From positions 1 through 54,558 of the IMG/VR virus record IMGVR_UViG_3300017991_000137: a stretch of 54,558 bases of DNA. One strand, given 5' to 3'. Below, piece after piece: positions 1-8,651 of this stretch. The number at the start of each line of letters is the position of its first letter. The first letter of the stretch is position 1. Under the pieces are notes generated by a model that did no database searches, was not told the origin of the DNA, and was given only the letters and a program-made list of their open reading frames with translations. A program made the position numbers and the translations under genes. Origin of the DNA: a virus (taxonomy: Duplodnaviria > Caudoviricetes).

Positions 1-681
1 ATTATCAAGCGTTTTGGGCGTGCCCGTGAATTGGCGAAGCGCCCAATCGGAGGCCGACATCGTCTCCCGAATAATCGGGAGGTGGTCGGAGTTCATATCC
101 TGGACTTCGTCGATAGCCACCTTGTCCGCGGAGATACCGCGGACGCGGTCAGCATTCAGGAAGGCAAAGCTGAACAGCATCTTTGACTGGTTCTTGAAGG
201 ATCGGTGGAGAACGCTGTTCACGGTATCGGTTCCTGTCCACAGGAATTGTACTGGGCTTTGGTCGATGAATGGCTGGACGAACATAGTACTGAAACGCCG
301 AACCTGCTCAAAAAGCGGCATTACATAGAGCGTGGTTAGGTTCGGGATCGATACAGACGTAAGCACGCCGTGCGCCGACAGGGAAGTGGACTTGGATACC
401 TGTCGCCCGGTCTTGTAGACTAGGGCAGATGGCATCCGCAGGCGGAACACTTCCTCAAACGGGAAGTGGTTCTGCAGGGTGTACGGTTTTCCTTTGAGAT
501 TGAGCAGGAGCGGCAGCGCCTGAGCCAGTGAGTCGATCAGTCCGGTCTTGATCAGCAGCCCGAAACGGGCCACGCGTTCAGCCGGAGTCAGGTCGGCAAC
601 CTCCTCAGGGTTCAGAGAGGCAGCGATCAGTTGCATCTTTGCAGCGGCCAATGCGTCCGGCCCATCGAGTGGATTTACCAT
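1..681 (-). CDS. terL: Terminase large subunit, N-terminal ATPase part (runs off the window edge)
   Basis: Not in the ORF track. Manual translation gives MVNPLDG...YKTGRQVSKST (Walker A)...ADRVRGISADKVAIDEVQD (Walker B)...FTGTPKTLDN (motif III). GGAGA RBS precedes the ATG at 681. Confidence 0.9.
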   Translation of the reverse strand, partial: MVNPLDGPDALAAAKMQLIAASLNPEEVADLTPAERVARFGLLIKTGLIDSLAQALPLLLNLKGKPYTLQNHFPFEEVFRLRMPSALVYKTGRQVSKSTSLSAHGVLTSVSIPNLTTLYVMPLFEQVRRFSTMFVQPFIDQSPVQFLWTGTDTVNSVLHRSFKNQSKMLFSFAFLNADRVRGISADKVAIDEVQDMNSDHLPIIRETMSASDWALRQFTGTPKTLDN

Positions 682-826
682 GATGTCTCCTGATGATAAG
701 CAGCGTGAGCTCGAAAAGTTCCGCGCTGTCGAAGAGTTTGCAGGGCACGCCTGGAAACAGACGCGTGTCATTTTCCTCGCACTGCTCACCTTATGGGTAT
801 TGTGGTGCTATCTTAGCTGGCTTTGA
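680..826 (+). CDS. Small putative membrane protein (48 aa)
   Basis: MMSPDDKQRELEKF...VIFLALLTLWVLWCYLSWL. The start overlaps the terL start codon back-to-back; RBS is weak. Confidence 0.35.
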   Translation: MMSPDDKQRELEKFRAVEEFAGHAWKQTRVIFLALLTLWVLWCYLSWL

Positions 827-896
827 TAGTATAGCTAGGAAAAACGGTTTACGAAAAGAGTGAAACCGTCTAACAAACAGCCGGGAGGGGCTGAAT

Positions 897-1118
897 ATGG
901 CAATTACCATGAGCGCGAAGTTGTTCCTCGAGCGTGCTGGTCTGCGGCCTACCTACCGCCGCCCAGTGCCGACCACTGTCCCGGAGAACAATCCGGTCCT
1001 CAGGTATCCGATGAGCCGGCCACTACCGCCGGCCTGGACCAAGACGGACGGATATCCTCCACCGGATAGAGGTTCAACTCAGGACGACCCGTGGCATCTT
1101 GGCCCACCGGAGGAATGA
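897..1118 (+). CDS. Hypothetical Pro-rich protein
   Basis: GGGAGG RBS; stop overlaps the next ATG. Confidence 0.6.
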   Translation: MAITMSAKLFLERAGLRPTYRRPVPTTVPENNPVLRYPMSRPLPPAWTKTDGYPPPDRGSTQDDPWHLGPPEE

Positions 1119-1291
1119 TGTTCGAATCATTCGCCAAGACCTCGTTCTTCATCGCCATAATCTGCGGTGCCTGCGCCTTCATCTCCGCTGAGGACGGACC
1201 GCTCTGCGGTATTCCGCTCCTCGCAGGTATTGGCGCCATCATTGCGGCATTCTATGCTGCAAAGGGTTTCACCCAAGGCGACCGCGGATAG
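1115..1291 (+). CDS. Small two-TM membrane protein
   Basis: ATGA coupling, GGAGG RBS, two hydrophobic segments. Confidence 0.65.
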   Translation: MMFESFAKTSFFIAIICGACAFISAEDGPLCGIPLLAGIGAIIAAFYAAKGFTQGDRG

Positions 1292-1299
1292 GAGTAGCC

Positions 1300-1710
1300 A
1301 TGACAATCCTGGAGTTCGTTGCTGTGTGCCTCGCCGCCGGCGCGCTTGTCGATGCCTGGCTACACGAGCCCGGGCTCTTCGACGAGGTCCGTGAGTGGAT
1401 CAGTGTCTGGGGGCAGCCGCGTCCGGACGAGGTCCGCGAAACCGGCCTAACGTGGCGCGCGTGGGGTCGTGGAAAGATAGCACAGCTAGCAGGGTGCCAC
1501 AAATGTATGACATACCATGCGGCATTCTGGCTCCTACTTTTGTTTTGGCTGCCAAGCCACTGGCTGAACCCGCCTTGGACCCAAATCTTGTTTTTCCCGA
1601 TTTGGGCCCTGGCGGCTACCCGTTTTTCCCTTCTTATGGCCGATCTCCACGATCGGCTGACTGAATTTAGTTCGCAGGAACAAAATGAGCGACAAGAAGA
1701 AATTCAATGA
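1300..1710 (+). CDS. DUF1360-like membrane protein
   Basis: Hydrophobic helices, LFDEVR and LAGCHKCMTYH (CxxC) pattern; AGGAG RBS. Confidence 0.6.
   Translation: MTILEFVAVCLAAGALVDAWLHEPGLFDEVREWISVWGQPRPDEVRETGLTWRAWGRGKIAQLAGCHKCMTYHAAFWLLLLFWLPSHWLNPPWTQILFFPIWALAATRFSLLMADLHDRLTEFSSQEQNERQEEIQ
1665..1686. promoter_or_regulatory. 22-bp palindrome copy 1 (ATTTAGTTC-GCAG-GAACAAAAT)
   Basis: Member of a 7-copy family; overlaps the RBS and the ATG at 1685. Confidence 0.75.
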
Positions 1711-2077
1711 GGTGGTCGTTGAATCCCTCCACGGACTCGCCGAGGACATGCTCGCCGACATCCCGGAGCTGGAAGGCCTCGTGATCGGCATCGTCTACAG
1801 CGATGGCCTCGAAGAGACCAAGCCCAACGTGCTGGTAGTCGGAGACGTCAACGACCCCTTCTTCATCGGAAAGGCCGGCCTCCAAGCCGCCCGCGTATCG
1901 CAGACGGTAATGGCTGCAACCAACAAGCATTTCCAGCTCGCTCTGCAGGTTCGCGAACAACTCCAAGAGGAGATCGATGGCAAACGACGTGAAGCGGAAG
2001 GCGCCAAAGAAGGCGAAGCCGCAGATCGAGGGGATAGCGACCCTGAAGGACCTGCTCGACCATCTAAAGATAACTGA
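1685..2077 (+). CDS. Hypothetical protein
   Basis: AGGA RBS; codon usage typical of the window. Confidence 0.7.
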   Translation: MSDKKKFNEVVVESLHGLAEDMLADIPELEGLVIGIVYSDGLEETKPNVLVVGDVNDPFFIGKAGLQAARVSQTVMAATNKHFQLALQVREQLQEEIDGKRREAEGAKEGEAADRGDSDPEGPARPSKDN

Positions 2078-2612
2078 GTGGGACACCCTAATCGTTGGCG
2101 ACGGCAGCGGCACCGGCTGGAAACAAGGCGCCGGATGGGCTGCCGTTCTTATCGATCGGCACAGTCGTGCCAGGAAGCTCTTCTACGGCGCCATGAACAC
2201 TGGCACCGTTACTCTTGGAGAGCTATTTCCGTATCTGCACGCCATGAGTTGGTATGCTGGCAGGGACGGACCGGGAAGGCAACGGCGGCATGAGCTACGC
2301 AAGGTAGGTCGTGCTATGCACGTGCATATCGTTACTGACTCCCAGGTGGTTGCCACGTGCGGCAACAACCCCGGCTCTCGCCGGGCACACCAGGAGCTTT
2401 GGAAGGCATTCGACGAGTACCAGAAGAACGGGTTCATCCTGCACTTCCACTTCATCGAACGCGATCGCGTCAATCTCAACGTGCTGGTCGACGAAGTCTC
2501 GCGGCAGGCCCGGAAAGACGTAGAGGATACATATGACAGAGCAATCGAAAAGCTCTGCAGTCGATACCCAGGTCTCCCTGGAGACGTGTCAGTGTACCAC
2601 TTCTCCAACTGA
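1977..2612 (+). CDS. Ribonuclease HI-like protein
   Basis: LIVGDGSG...GAGWAAV, LGEL, IVTDSQ and NVLVDEVSR match the D/E/D/D RNase H pattern. Confidence 0.8.
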   Translation: MANDVKRKAPKKAKPQIEGIATLKDLLDHLKITEWDTLIVGDGSGTGWKQGAGWAAVLIDRHSRARKLFYGAMNTGTVTLGELFPYLHAMSWYAGRDGPGRQRRHELRKVGRAMHVHIVTDSQVVATCGNNPGSRRAHQELWKAFDEYQKNGFILHFHFIERDRVNLNVLVDEVSRQARKDVEDTYDRAIEKLCSRYPGLPGDVSVYHFSN

Positions 2613-3051
2613 TGTACTACAGAAGATCCCGCCGGTGCCGCTGCACATTGATCTCTACGAGGACAACATGCCATTCGCTTTGGTCGTGTTCTTCCAGGGA
2701 GAGATTGAGCGAATGCTCGACGGGAGTTGGTACCACAAGAAGCAGAAATACCGCATCACATATGGAAACCACCTGACTGGCAGATCCTGGGAGGTCTGCG
2801 ACGAAGGTGTGATAACGTTCAGCGCTGGCGACTTTCCTCGCCTCGTGATCCAGCCAGATGCCCGGCGTAAGAGCGCCGTCATCCTCATGCTGGAGCACAT
2901 CGTAAAGATCGAGAAGATCCCAGAGGATAAGACAGTCTACCGGCACGAGTTTTTCCATCTGCCCGATGAGCCTGATCCCGTCCTACCCGACGAGTACAGC
3001 GAAGGCAGAAAACACCGAGGTATACGACTGAGAAGGCATGCCACAGAGTGA
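2533..3051 (+). CDS. Hypothetical protein (true start probably nearer 2635-2668)
   Basis: Fills the gap between the RNase H and GHKL genes. Confidence 0.55.
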   Translation: MTEQSKSSAVDTQVSLETCQCTTSPTDVLQKIPPVPLHIDLYEDNMPFALVVFFQGEIERMLDGSWYHKKQKYRITYGNHLTGRSWEVCDEGVITFSAGDFPRLVIQPDARRKSAVILMLEHIVKIEKIPEDKTVYRHEFFHLPDEPDPVLPDEYSEGRKHRGIRLRRHATE

Positions 3052-4885
3052 AACACGCCGTTTCAAAATGCATCAGCAGCTGCTGCTCGACATCATCCAG
3101 CGTCAAGCCGGCAGCCTATGGAAAGCAAGCGTCGAAGGGGTCCAGAACTCCGTCGACTCTGGGTCTACTAGATGTGACATCACTTGTACGCAAGGGATGC
3201 TCATCATATCCGATGACGGTAAAGGTTTCCGTTCCAAAGAAGAAATAGAAGAGTTCTTCGAGGTATTCGGACAGCCACACTCCGTCGAAGAGGAGAAGCA
3301 GTTCGGCCGATTCCGGATGGGCCGCGGACAGCTGTTCGCCTACGGGCGTAACACCTGGCGCAGCGGCGAGTTCGAGATGATCGTCGATATCCAGGAGGAC
3401 GGGCTGGACTACAGGCTCCGTACGGGCCTGGAGAACTATCCGGGCTGCACCGTAACCGTCGAGTTGTACAAGCATCTCACCCACGTCGAGCATGCTGACA
3501 TCATCGACCAAATCAAGAAGAACGTGAAGTTCGTCCGGATCCCCATCCATCTGAACGGTGAGGACAAGACGATCACGAAAGACCGCTCGAAAATTGAATG
3601 GGACATGGAGCTCAAGGAAGCGGACATCAAGTTCCGCGAGAACGGGCCCCTCGAAGTCTACAATCAAGGTGTGAAGGTGCTGACCATCAACAGGTATCGG
3701 TTCGGCACCGGAGGCGATGTGGTCACTAAGGTACCGATCAAGGTCAACTTCGCGCGGAACGACGTCATGTCGGACTGCCCGGTGTGGACCAAGATCTCGT
3801 CGAATATCCGCACACACGTAGCCAATACGAGTGTCGCTCGCGACAGTTCTGGCAACGTGGTCAATTCTAGTTCCAGACGACGCCCGCGTGCCCGCACGCA
3901 GAACGCGACGTCGCAGAACACGGCCAACAGACGGTCGCCAATCACCAACGACGCGGACCGCAAGCGGGTCGCGACGTCGATGAAGGACAAGGACATTTCG
4001 ACCCAGTACGCGCGTGCTGCCAAGCTGCACACGCTGCTACAGGACCAGCGACACGTTACGTTGCGGGTCCTACACGGTATTGGTCGCGGTGTCGTGACCC
4101 TCGCACCAGAGGGAACACGACACTGGTCGTACGAATGTCGTCGTATCCAAGACGCCAAGATTGCCGCTGTCCTCGACAGGGTGATGTTGGATCGCTGGAA
4201 CGCCAAGAACGGCCATCAGTTGGTGTGGATCATCAACAAATCCTACTACGATCTCGGCATCCACGGATACAACTTGCAGTACATCGACTACGACAAGACC
4301 GTTGAGGCGATGGGCAAAGAGCACCTGATCCTTGAAGAGAAGGAGCTCACCCGTGTCGAACGGATCGTCTTAGAGGTGCTGCGTGCGCAGATGCATGCGA
4401 TCCAGTATGCGGTGCGGAACTCCAAAGGCAGCCGGGAGTTGTTCATCGGCACCGGGCCGCTGGAGCACTGGACCGACGGCCAGACCTTCATCGCGCTGAA
4501 CCGCAAGGAGGTCAAGCAACTGGGAGCCAACTACCGGGTCTGGAACAAGTACATGATGATGATTCTCCACGAATATTGTCATGACAAGCCCAGCACCGGT
4601 AAGAAGCACCTACATACGAAGGCGTTCTACAGCACGATGGTCGACGCGTTGGACAGCTGGTACCTAGGCAACTTCCCGTACGAATGTTCGCATCGCATGC
4701 CCCGCATCGCTGCGGACGTCAAACGGAAGCTGACCAGGACCGAACTCCACGGCATCGATCTGCAGACGGACGCCAAAAAAGCAGTTGATGAGACATGCGA
4801 GGATCTCGGCATCCCAACGGAACCGCCCGAGATGCTGCCGCTTCCAGACCCGCTACGCGTAGCCACCAATCAGGAAGGAGAATGA
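3038..4885 (+). CDS. GHKL (Hsp90/MORC/rIIA-like) ATPase with C-terminal HExxH zincin-like motif
   Basis: EGVQNSVDS (N box), ISDDGKG (G1), GRFRMG (G2), GCTVTV; C-terminal ILHEYCH...HTKAF. Confidence 0.8.
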   Translation: MPQSETRRFKMHQQLLLDIIQRQAGSLWKASVEGVQNSVDSGSTRCDITCTQGMLIISDDGKGFRSKEEIEEFFEVFGQPHSVEEEKQFGRFRMGRGQLFAYGRNTWRSGEFEMIVDIQEDGLDYRLRTGLENYPGCTVTVELYKHLTHVEHADIIDQIKKNVKFVRIPIHLNGEDKTITKDRSKIEWDMELKEADIKFRENGPLEVYNQGVKVLTINRYRFGTGGDVVTKVPIKVNFARNDVMSDCPVWTKISSNIRTHVANTSVARDSSGNVVNSSSRRRPRARTQNATSQNTANRRSPITNDADRKRVATSMKDKDISTQYARAAKLHTLLQDQRHVTLRVLHGIGRGVVTLAPEGTRHWSYECRRIQDAKIAAVLDRVMLDRWNAKNGHQLVWIINKSYYDLGIHGYNLQYIDYDKTVEAMGKEHLILEEKELTRVERIVLEVLRAQMHAIQYAVRNSKGSRELFIGTGPLEHWTDGQTFIALNRKEVKQLGANYRVWNKYMMMILHEYCHDKPSTGKKHLHTKAFYSTMVDALDSWYLGNFPYECSHRMPRIAADVKRKLTRTELHGIDLQTDAKKAVDETCEDLGIPTEPPEMLPLPDPLRVATNQEGE

Positions 4886-4936
4886 TGTTATGAACACGCT
4901 GTTTCGACGGTACTTTCCTTGTCGTGAGGTGGTGCC

Positions 4937-5203
4937 GTGCATGAGAACCTAACCTGGGATATCAAGCAAGCATTGCACATCCGGATACTCGTCGGCGTCG
5001 ATGGCGTCGGCGAGTATTGGGATGACATGCAAAAGGGCCGCCGCAAATCCGCTGACGTATGGCTGTTATACAACAGACCCAGCCTCGCCAGCCCACCGTG
5101 TCCGCAGCGGATACGGTTCATCCGGCTCATCGACCAACTTTACCAAGAGCGAAGGGAGGCCAAACGTGCCAACAACAAAAAGGGAGGCAAGGGTTTGCGG
5201 TAA
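4937..5203 (+). CDS. Hypothetical protein
   Basis: GAGG RBS plus GTG start. Confidence 0.55.
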   Translation: MHENLTWDIKQALHIRILVGVDGVGEYWDDMQKGRRKSADVWLLYNRPSLASPPCPQRIRFIRLIDQLYQERREAKRANNKKGGKGLR

Positions 5204-5471
5204 GTGTAGCACGTCAACCACCGAATGGTATCCATTCACCGGCGGAGCCCAGTTGCCTGCAATCCGTTGCAACCACTGCTACGAGAACGAGGTGCAGCGA
5301 TGCATCCGAGAGCAGCTGGACTTCGACAAAGTAAAATCCATAGAGAAGAAGGAGATCAAACAGCTCAGTGGAGACGACGATGTACGAAGCGTTCGCCCAA
5401 ATGGGCGTGAAGCTCCACAACGACACAATCGAAATCGTGGAAACCTCCGTGTCTTTCCCGATCCACGTTGA
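5166..5471 (+). CDS. Small Zn-finger protein (CxxC...CxxC)
   Basis: Re-called start at GTG 5166 after AAGGGAGG; CGKC...CNHC. Confidence 0.55.
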   Translation: MPTTKREARVCGKCSTSTTEWYPFTGGAQLPAIRCNHCYENEVQRCIREQLDFDKVKSIEKKEIKQLSGDDDVRSVRPNGREAPQRHNRNRGNLRVFPDPR

Positions 5472-5703
5472 GCCCTACCCGGGCATGTTCATCTACTCGA
5501 GCAGGTGGAAGGGATTGCTGCCGATCGCCCATGTGTTCTATGACGCTGACCGCAAAGCGTACGTCATGGCCATCGGCGTCGGCGCCTACGATTACACCAT
5601 GACCCTCGAAGAGTGGCTGACCGAGCGGCCATATTGGAAAAAAGCGGAAAACCCGCTGATTGACATGATCCCGCGAGACGAAAAGCCGTCGGAACCGCCG
5701 TGA
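5380..5703 (+). CDS. Hypothetical protein
   Basis: GGAG RBS; typical codon usage. Confidence 0.6.
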   Translation: MYEAFAQMGVKLHNDTIEIVETSVSFPIHVEPYPGMFIYSSRWKGLLPIAHVFYDADRKAYVMAIGVGAYDYTMTLEEWLTERPYWKKAENPLIDMIPRDEKPSEPP

Positions 5704-5987
5704 GAGGCCTCCTGAGGCCCATACGCGGCCCGTAAAGCCGAAAAGGGCTCCCAGGAGCCCATTTGCGACCCGGGCCTTAGCGGCCCTCTGAGACGATCTG
5801 GAGGCTAGCATTGGTAGCAGCCATTGAAATCCCGTTTGCCCGCCTACCGCGAGACGTGTACATCGAAGGACCCCGCTATCGGGTGGAGATCCCTCGACTG
5901 GACTTCTACGCGTACGAAACGATCGGCGGGTGCATCGGGCACACCGGCGCCCTGGCAATGGCAGACTTTGATGAAAGGAGAATTACC

Positions 5988-6386
5988 TTGGAAATTGAAA
6001 TTCCCATCAAGAAAGAATTACTGCTTGAGACCCTACGGAAGAACCGCGAGGAACATCAGCAGATCTATGACGAGGCGCTCGCAGCATACTGCAAGCGTGC
6101 ACAAGAACACTGTGAGGCACTGGTTGCGAAGTTGAGGAAGGGCGAAGCCGCATACGTCGGCGTCAACTTCAACCCGCCGGAGAACCACGTCAAAGACTAC
6201 GACCTCGCGATTTCGATGGTGGAGATGGCGGAGACGCCACTCATCACGCTCAACGCTGAGGACTTCTCCATGCTGGTCCGCGACGACTGGGGATGGCAGA
6301 AACGCTGGCTGAAGACGAGCGGCTCGCTCATCGGCGGACACAGCAACTCGGCCTCGACAAAATGCCTGGCCATGTACAACGAGTAG
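5988..6386 (+). CDS. Conserved phage hypothetical protein
   Basis: AAAGGAG RBS plus TTG; LRKNREEH...PENHVKDYD...RDDWGW pattern. The frame is open upstream to 5811. Confidence 0.7.
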   Translation: MEIEIPIKKELLLETLRKNREEHQQIYDEALAAYCKRAQEHCEALVAKLRKGEAAYVGVNFNPPENHVKDYDLAISMVEMAETPLITLNAEDFSMLVRDDWGWQKRWLKTSGSLIGGHSNSASTKCLAMYNE

Positions 6387-6399
6387 GCCTTAACGCTGT

Positions 6400-6452
6400 G
6401 CCGTGGTGCGTCGGTAGCTAATCCCTTCTGGCGCACCGCGGCCGCGATTTTT
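6400..6452 (+). terminator. Intrinsic terminator between convergent genes
   Basis: 15-bp stem (6400-6414/6428-6442, with G-U pairs) followed shortly by a T-run. Confidence 0.6.
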
Positions 6453-6690
6453 ACTCTTTGGGCCCGGCAACGAGGTCGTTGCGGAACGCGCTCGCCGAGC
6501 AGTTCAGCCCGAAGGTCTGCTTGGCCCACTCGAAGAGTTCGCGTTGGGAGATGCCGTCGTAGCGGCCTTCTTGCCATCTGATGACGAACTCATTCCACAG
6601 TTCCTTCTGTTCGCCCTTGAGCGTCCTGGCTGTGATAACACGGCTTCGCGATTCGAGTTCGTCGAGTGGGGAGTTCTTCTTCTTCGCCAT
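6451..6690 (-). CDS. Small hypothetical protein, possibly HTH-like
   Basis: Last gene of a translationally coupled minus-strand operon. Confidence 0.65.
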   Translation of the reverse strand: MAKKKNSPLDELESRSRVITARTLKGEQKELWNEFVIRWQEGRYDGISQRELFEWAKQTFGLNCSASAFRNDLVAGPKE

Positions 6691-7265
6691 TACTCTGCTT
6701 CCTCGGTTTCTTCGTTCTGCGGCAACGGGATGATCTGCGTCGAGCCGATTACCCGGTGCATGTTGGTGAGATGGAAGTCGGACATGAATGCTACTTCCAC
6801 GTCGACGCCAAACGGTTCAAGGTCCTTTCGGATCTTGTTGGTGATCATATGGTTGATGCGTTGATGTCTCCGCACCAGGTCTTGCATCGTCTTACCGACG
6901 ATTGCTTGGATAACACCCTCTTGGGCTCGGTCACGTATCGTGGTCTCGAAGTCGTATGTTTCGACCATCGCTTTGATGATGTCTTTTATGCGGAAAACAA
7001 CGGTCACTGATATTGTGATGCCAAGTGGTAGTGTGCTATCATGCGGTAATGTCTGAGCCTCTAAGTTCAGAGTATCTCGGACAACAGGATGGACTATCGG
7101 TCTTTGGATGGGAGGCCAGTAGAGGTGGAAGCCAGGCCTGAGTCGCTTCGCTCTACCGAGGGTAAGCATCACACCTTCCTGAGTCTTGTCGACATGAAGA
7201 CCTCTCGGGAAGATTCTTGATGCCCACCGCAGTAAATCAGATAACCACCCAAGACCGATGTCCAT
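6690..7265 (-). CDS. SPFH/Band 7 domain protein
   Basis: EGVMLTLG...PGFHLYWP...QTL...FGVDVE pattern. Confidence 0.8.
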   Translation of the reverse strand: MDIGLGWLSDLLRWASRIFPRGLHVDKTQEGVMLTLGRAKRLRPGFHLYWPPIQRPIVHPVVRDTLNLEAQTLPHDSTLPLGITISVTVVFRIKDIIKAMVETYDFETTIRDRAQEGVIQAIVGKTMQDLVRRHQRINHMITNKIRKDLEPFGVDVEVAFMSDFHLTNMHRVIGSTQIIPLPQNEETEEAE

Positions 7266-7272
7266 GCTGTTG

Positions 7273-7779
7273 TTATCCTGGTCTGAGGATTCCGAGTACC
7301 TTCGCGAGCCGCGCGAGCTTCTGATATAACTCCGTCAGCGTCCCGTTGTTCGGGATGATCACATCGGCCACGTCAGAAGACATTTCTAGGGAAGGGTCCT
7401 CATCCACATCCCGCTCGATCCACACGACAAGGTCGATCATGCCGCGATCTAGCAATGCTTGCAATTCGCCGGCCCTCCGGATGCCGTTGAGCAGGTTGGA
7501 TTCCTTGAGCATATCCTCGTAGAGGGTGATTCCCAAGGGCTGATTATACTCCCAAATGATCTTGGCCCATAGGACCCGGTGATTATGCCGATCCTCCCAA
7601 CAATCGTGAGGGTCGACGTACCCAAAATCTCGGCCAATCCGGTCAAATACTAGCGGTGCTGCCGCCTCGCTAGTACTGCCAGCATTGACCAAAATCGTGT
7701 TGTCGGAGAGCCACTGCATGGCGGTGTCTTTGCCGCAGCGACCGGGTCCGCAGATCGCGAGATTCAGTCGTCGTTCCAT
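7273..7779 (-). CDS. Deoxynucleoside monophosphate kinase-like P-loop protein
   Basis: GPGRCGKDT P-loop, GIR..E and IPNNGTLTEL. Confidence 0.7.
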   Translation of the reverse strand: MERRLNLAICGPGRCGKDTAMQWLSDNTILVNAGSTSEAAAPLVFDRIGRDFGYVDPHDCWEDRHNHRVLWAKIIWEYNQPLGITLYEDMLKESNLLNGIRRAGELQALLDRGMIDLVVWIERDVDEDPSLEMSSDVADVIIPNNGTLTELYQKLARLAKVLGILRPG

Positions 7780-8081
7780 TGCCAGTCTCCATGGGCGTCC
7801 ATGTAATCGGTCCGCGGATGGGCTCCGTACAACAACATCGCCCGGCAGGCGATGGCTGCGACCTTACGCAGGGCCTGCAGCGTCTTCACTTCGTCGGCGC
7901 CGTGCACCCAAGCCTCTTCGGCCTTGCGGGCGTACACGGCAAGCGTGACGAGCTGGCCCACTACGCCGTGGTCCTTGCCGTCACTGCGATCGGTGTCAGC
8001 GAACGAGTTCTGATACTGGAGCTCGCTGTTGATCGCTTCGATCACTTCCGGAGTCAGCGCCGGATTCGGGATGGTCATCAT
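7764..8081 (-). CDS. MazG-like / all-alpha NTP pyrophosphatase-like phage protein
   Basis: SELQYQ...H...KAEEAW...ALRKVAAIA pattern; ATGA coupling. Confidence 0.45.
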   Translation of the reverse strand: MMTIPNPALTPEVIEAINSELQYQNSFADTDRSDGKDHGVVGQLVTLAVYARKAEEAWVHGADEVKTLQALRKVAAIACRAMLLYGAHPRTDYMDAHGDWQWNDD

Positions 8082-8650
8082 TCTTCTAGCAGTCCTTCGT
8101 ATTGCTCGTGGACGCAATCCATCGGTTCGTCCCACCGAGCACGGAAACGGTTGTAACACGCAGGGAACACGATCTGCCGCGCACCCCGCTCACGGAACTT
8201 CAACTCGTACCGCTCGTCGTCGTCGACGAGCAGCACGCCGGGCTTCGCCACGCTCTCTTTACGGCCGGTGAAGATGACGTCATGTTCGTCGATCTCCTGG
8301 CCGAAGTTGCGGCGGAGCCATGTCAATTTGCCACGTACGCAGTACGCGGTGTCTCGCCCGTTGAGCTCGGGCAGGCATATCGGCCGCGACAAGAATGTCA
8401 CCGGCCCGATCTGGCGGCAGAACTGGTACAACTCGATCGCCCACGGGAAGATCGGGATCTCGTCCCAGAAGTAATGCTTCTCGTCGACGATTGGTGCCCA
8501 GCACTCTTCCTGCGTGATGCCCAGCACCTCTTCGAGGCAGCGGGTTGTCAGATTGTGTGCCAGATCCATTCGCTTGTGGATATGCATGAAGGCGTGGACG
8601 AAATCAGCGATCACGCCATCCATATCCAGGTAGATTTCTTCGAAACGCAT
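8078..8650 (-). CDS. 5'(3')-deoxyribonucleotidase (NT5C, HAD family)
   Basis: IYLDMDGVIADF, K..WL, LLVDD, PACYN. Confidence 0.85.
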   Translation of the reverse strand: MRFEEIYLDMDGVIADFVHAFMHIHKRMDLAHNLTTRCLEEVLGITQEECWAPIVDEKHYFWDEIPIFPWAIELYQFCRQIGPVTFLSRPICLPELNGRDTAYCVRGKLTWLRRNFGQEIDEHDVIFTGRKESVAKPGVLLVDDDERYELKFRERGARQIVFPACYNRFRARWDEPMDCVHEQYEGLLEE

Positions 8651-8651
8651 G

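Noticed and set aside
14-328. Plus-strand ORFs at the left edge and other long antisense ORFs in the track (e.g. 3116-4030, 26688-27644, 53863-54492)
   Set aside because: Shadows of real genes on the opposite strand, common in high-GC DNA.
5191-5197. G-GGT-TTG slippery heptamer at the end of ORF 4937
   Set aside because: A -1 shift enters a non-credible frame; the Zn-finger ORF has its own RBS and GTG at 5166.
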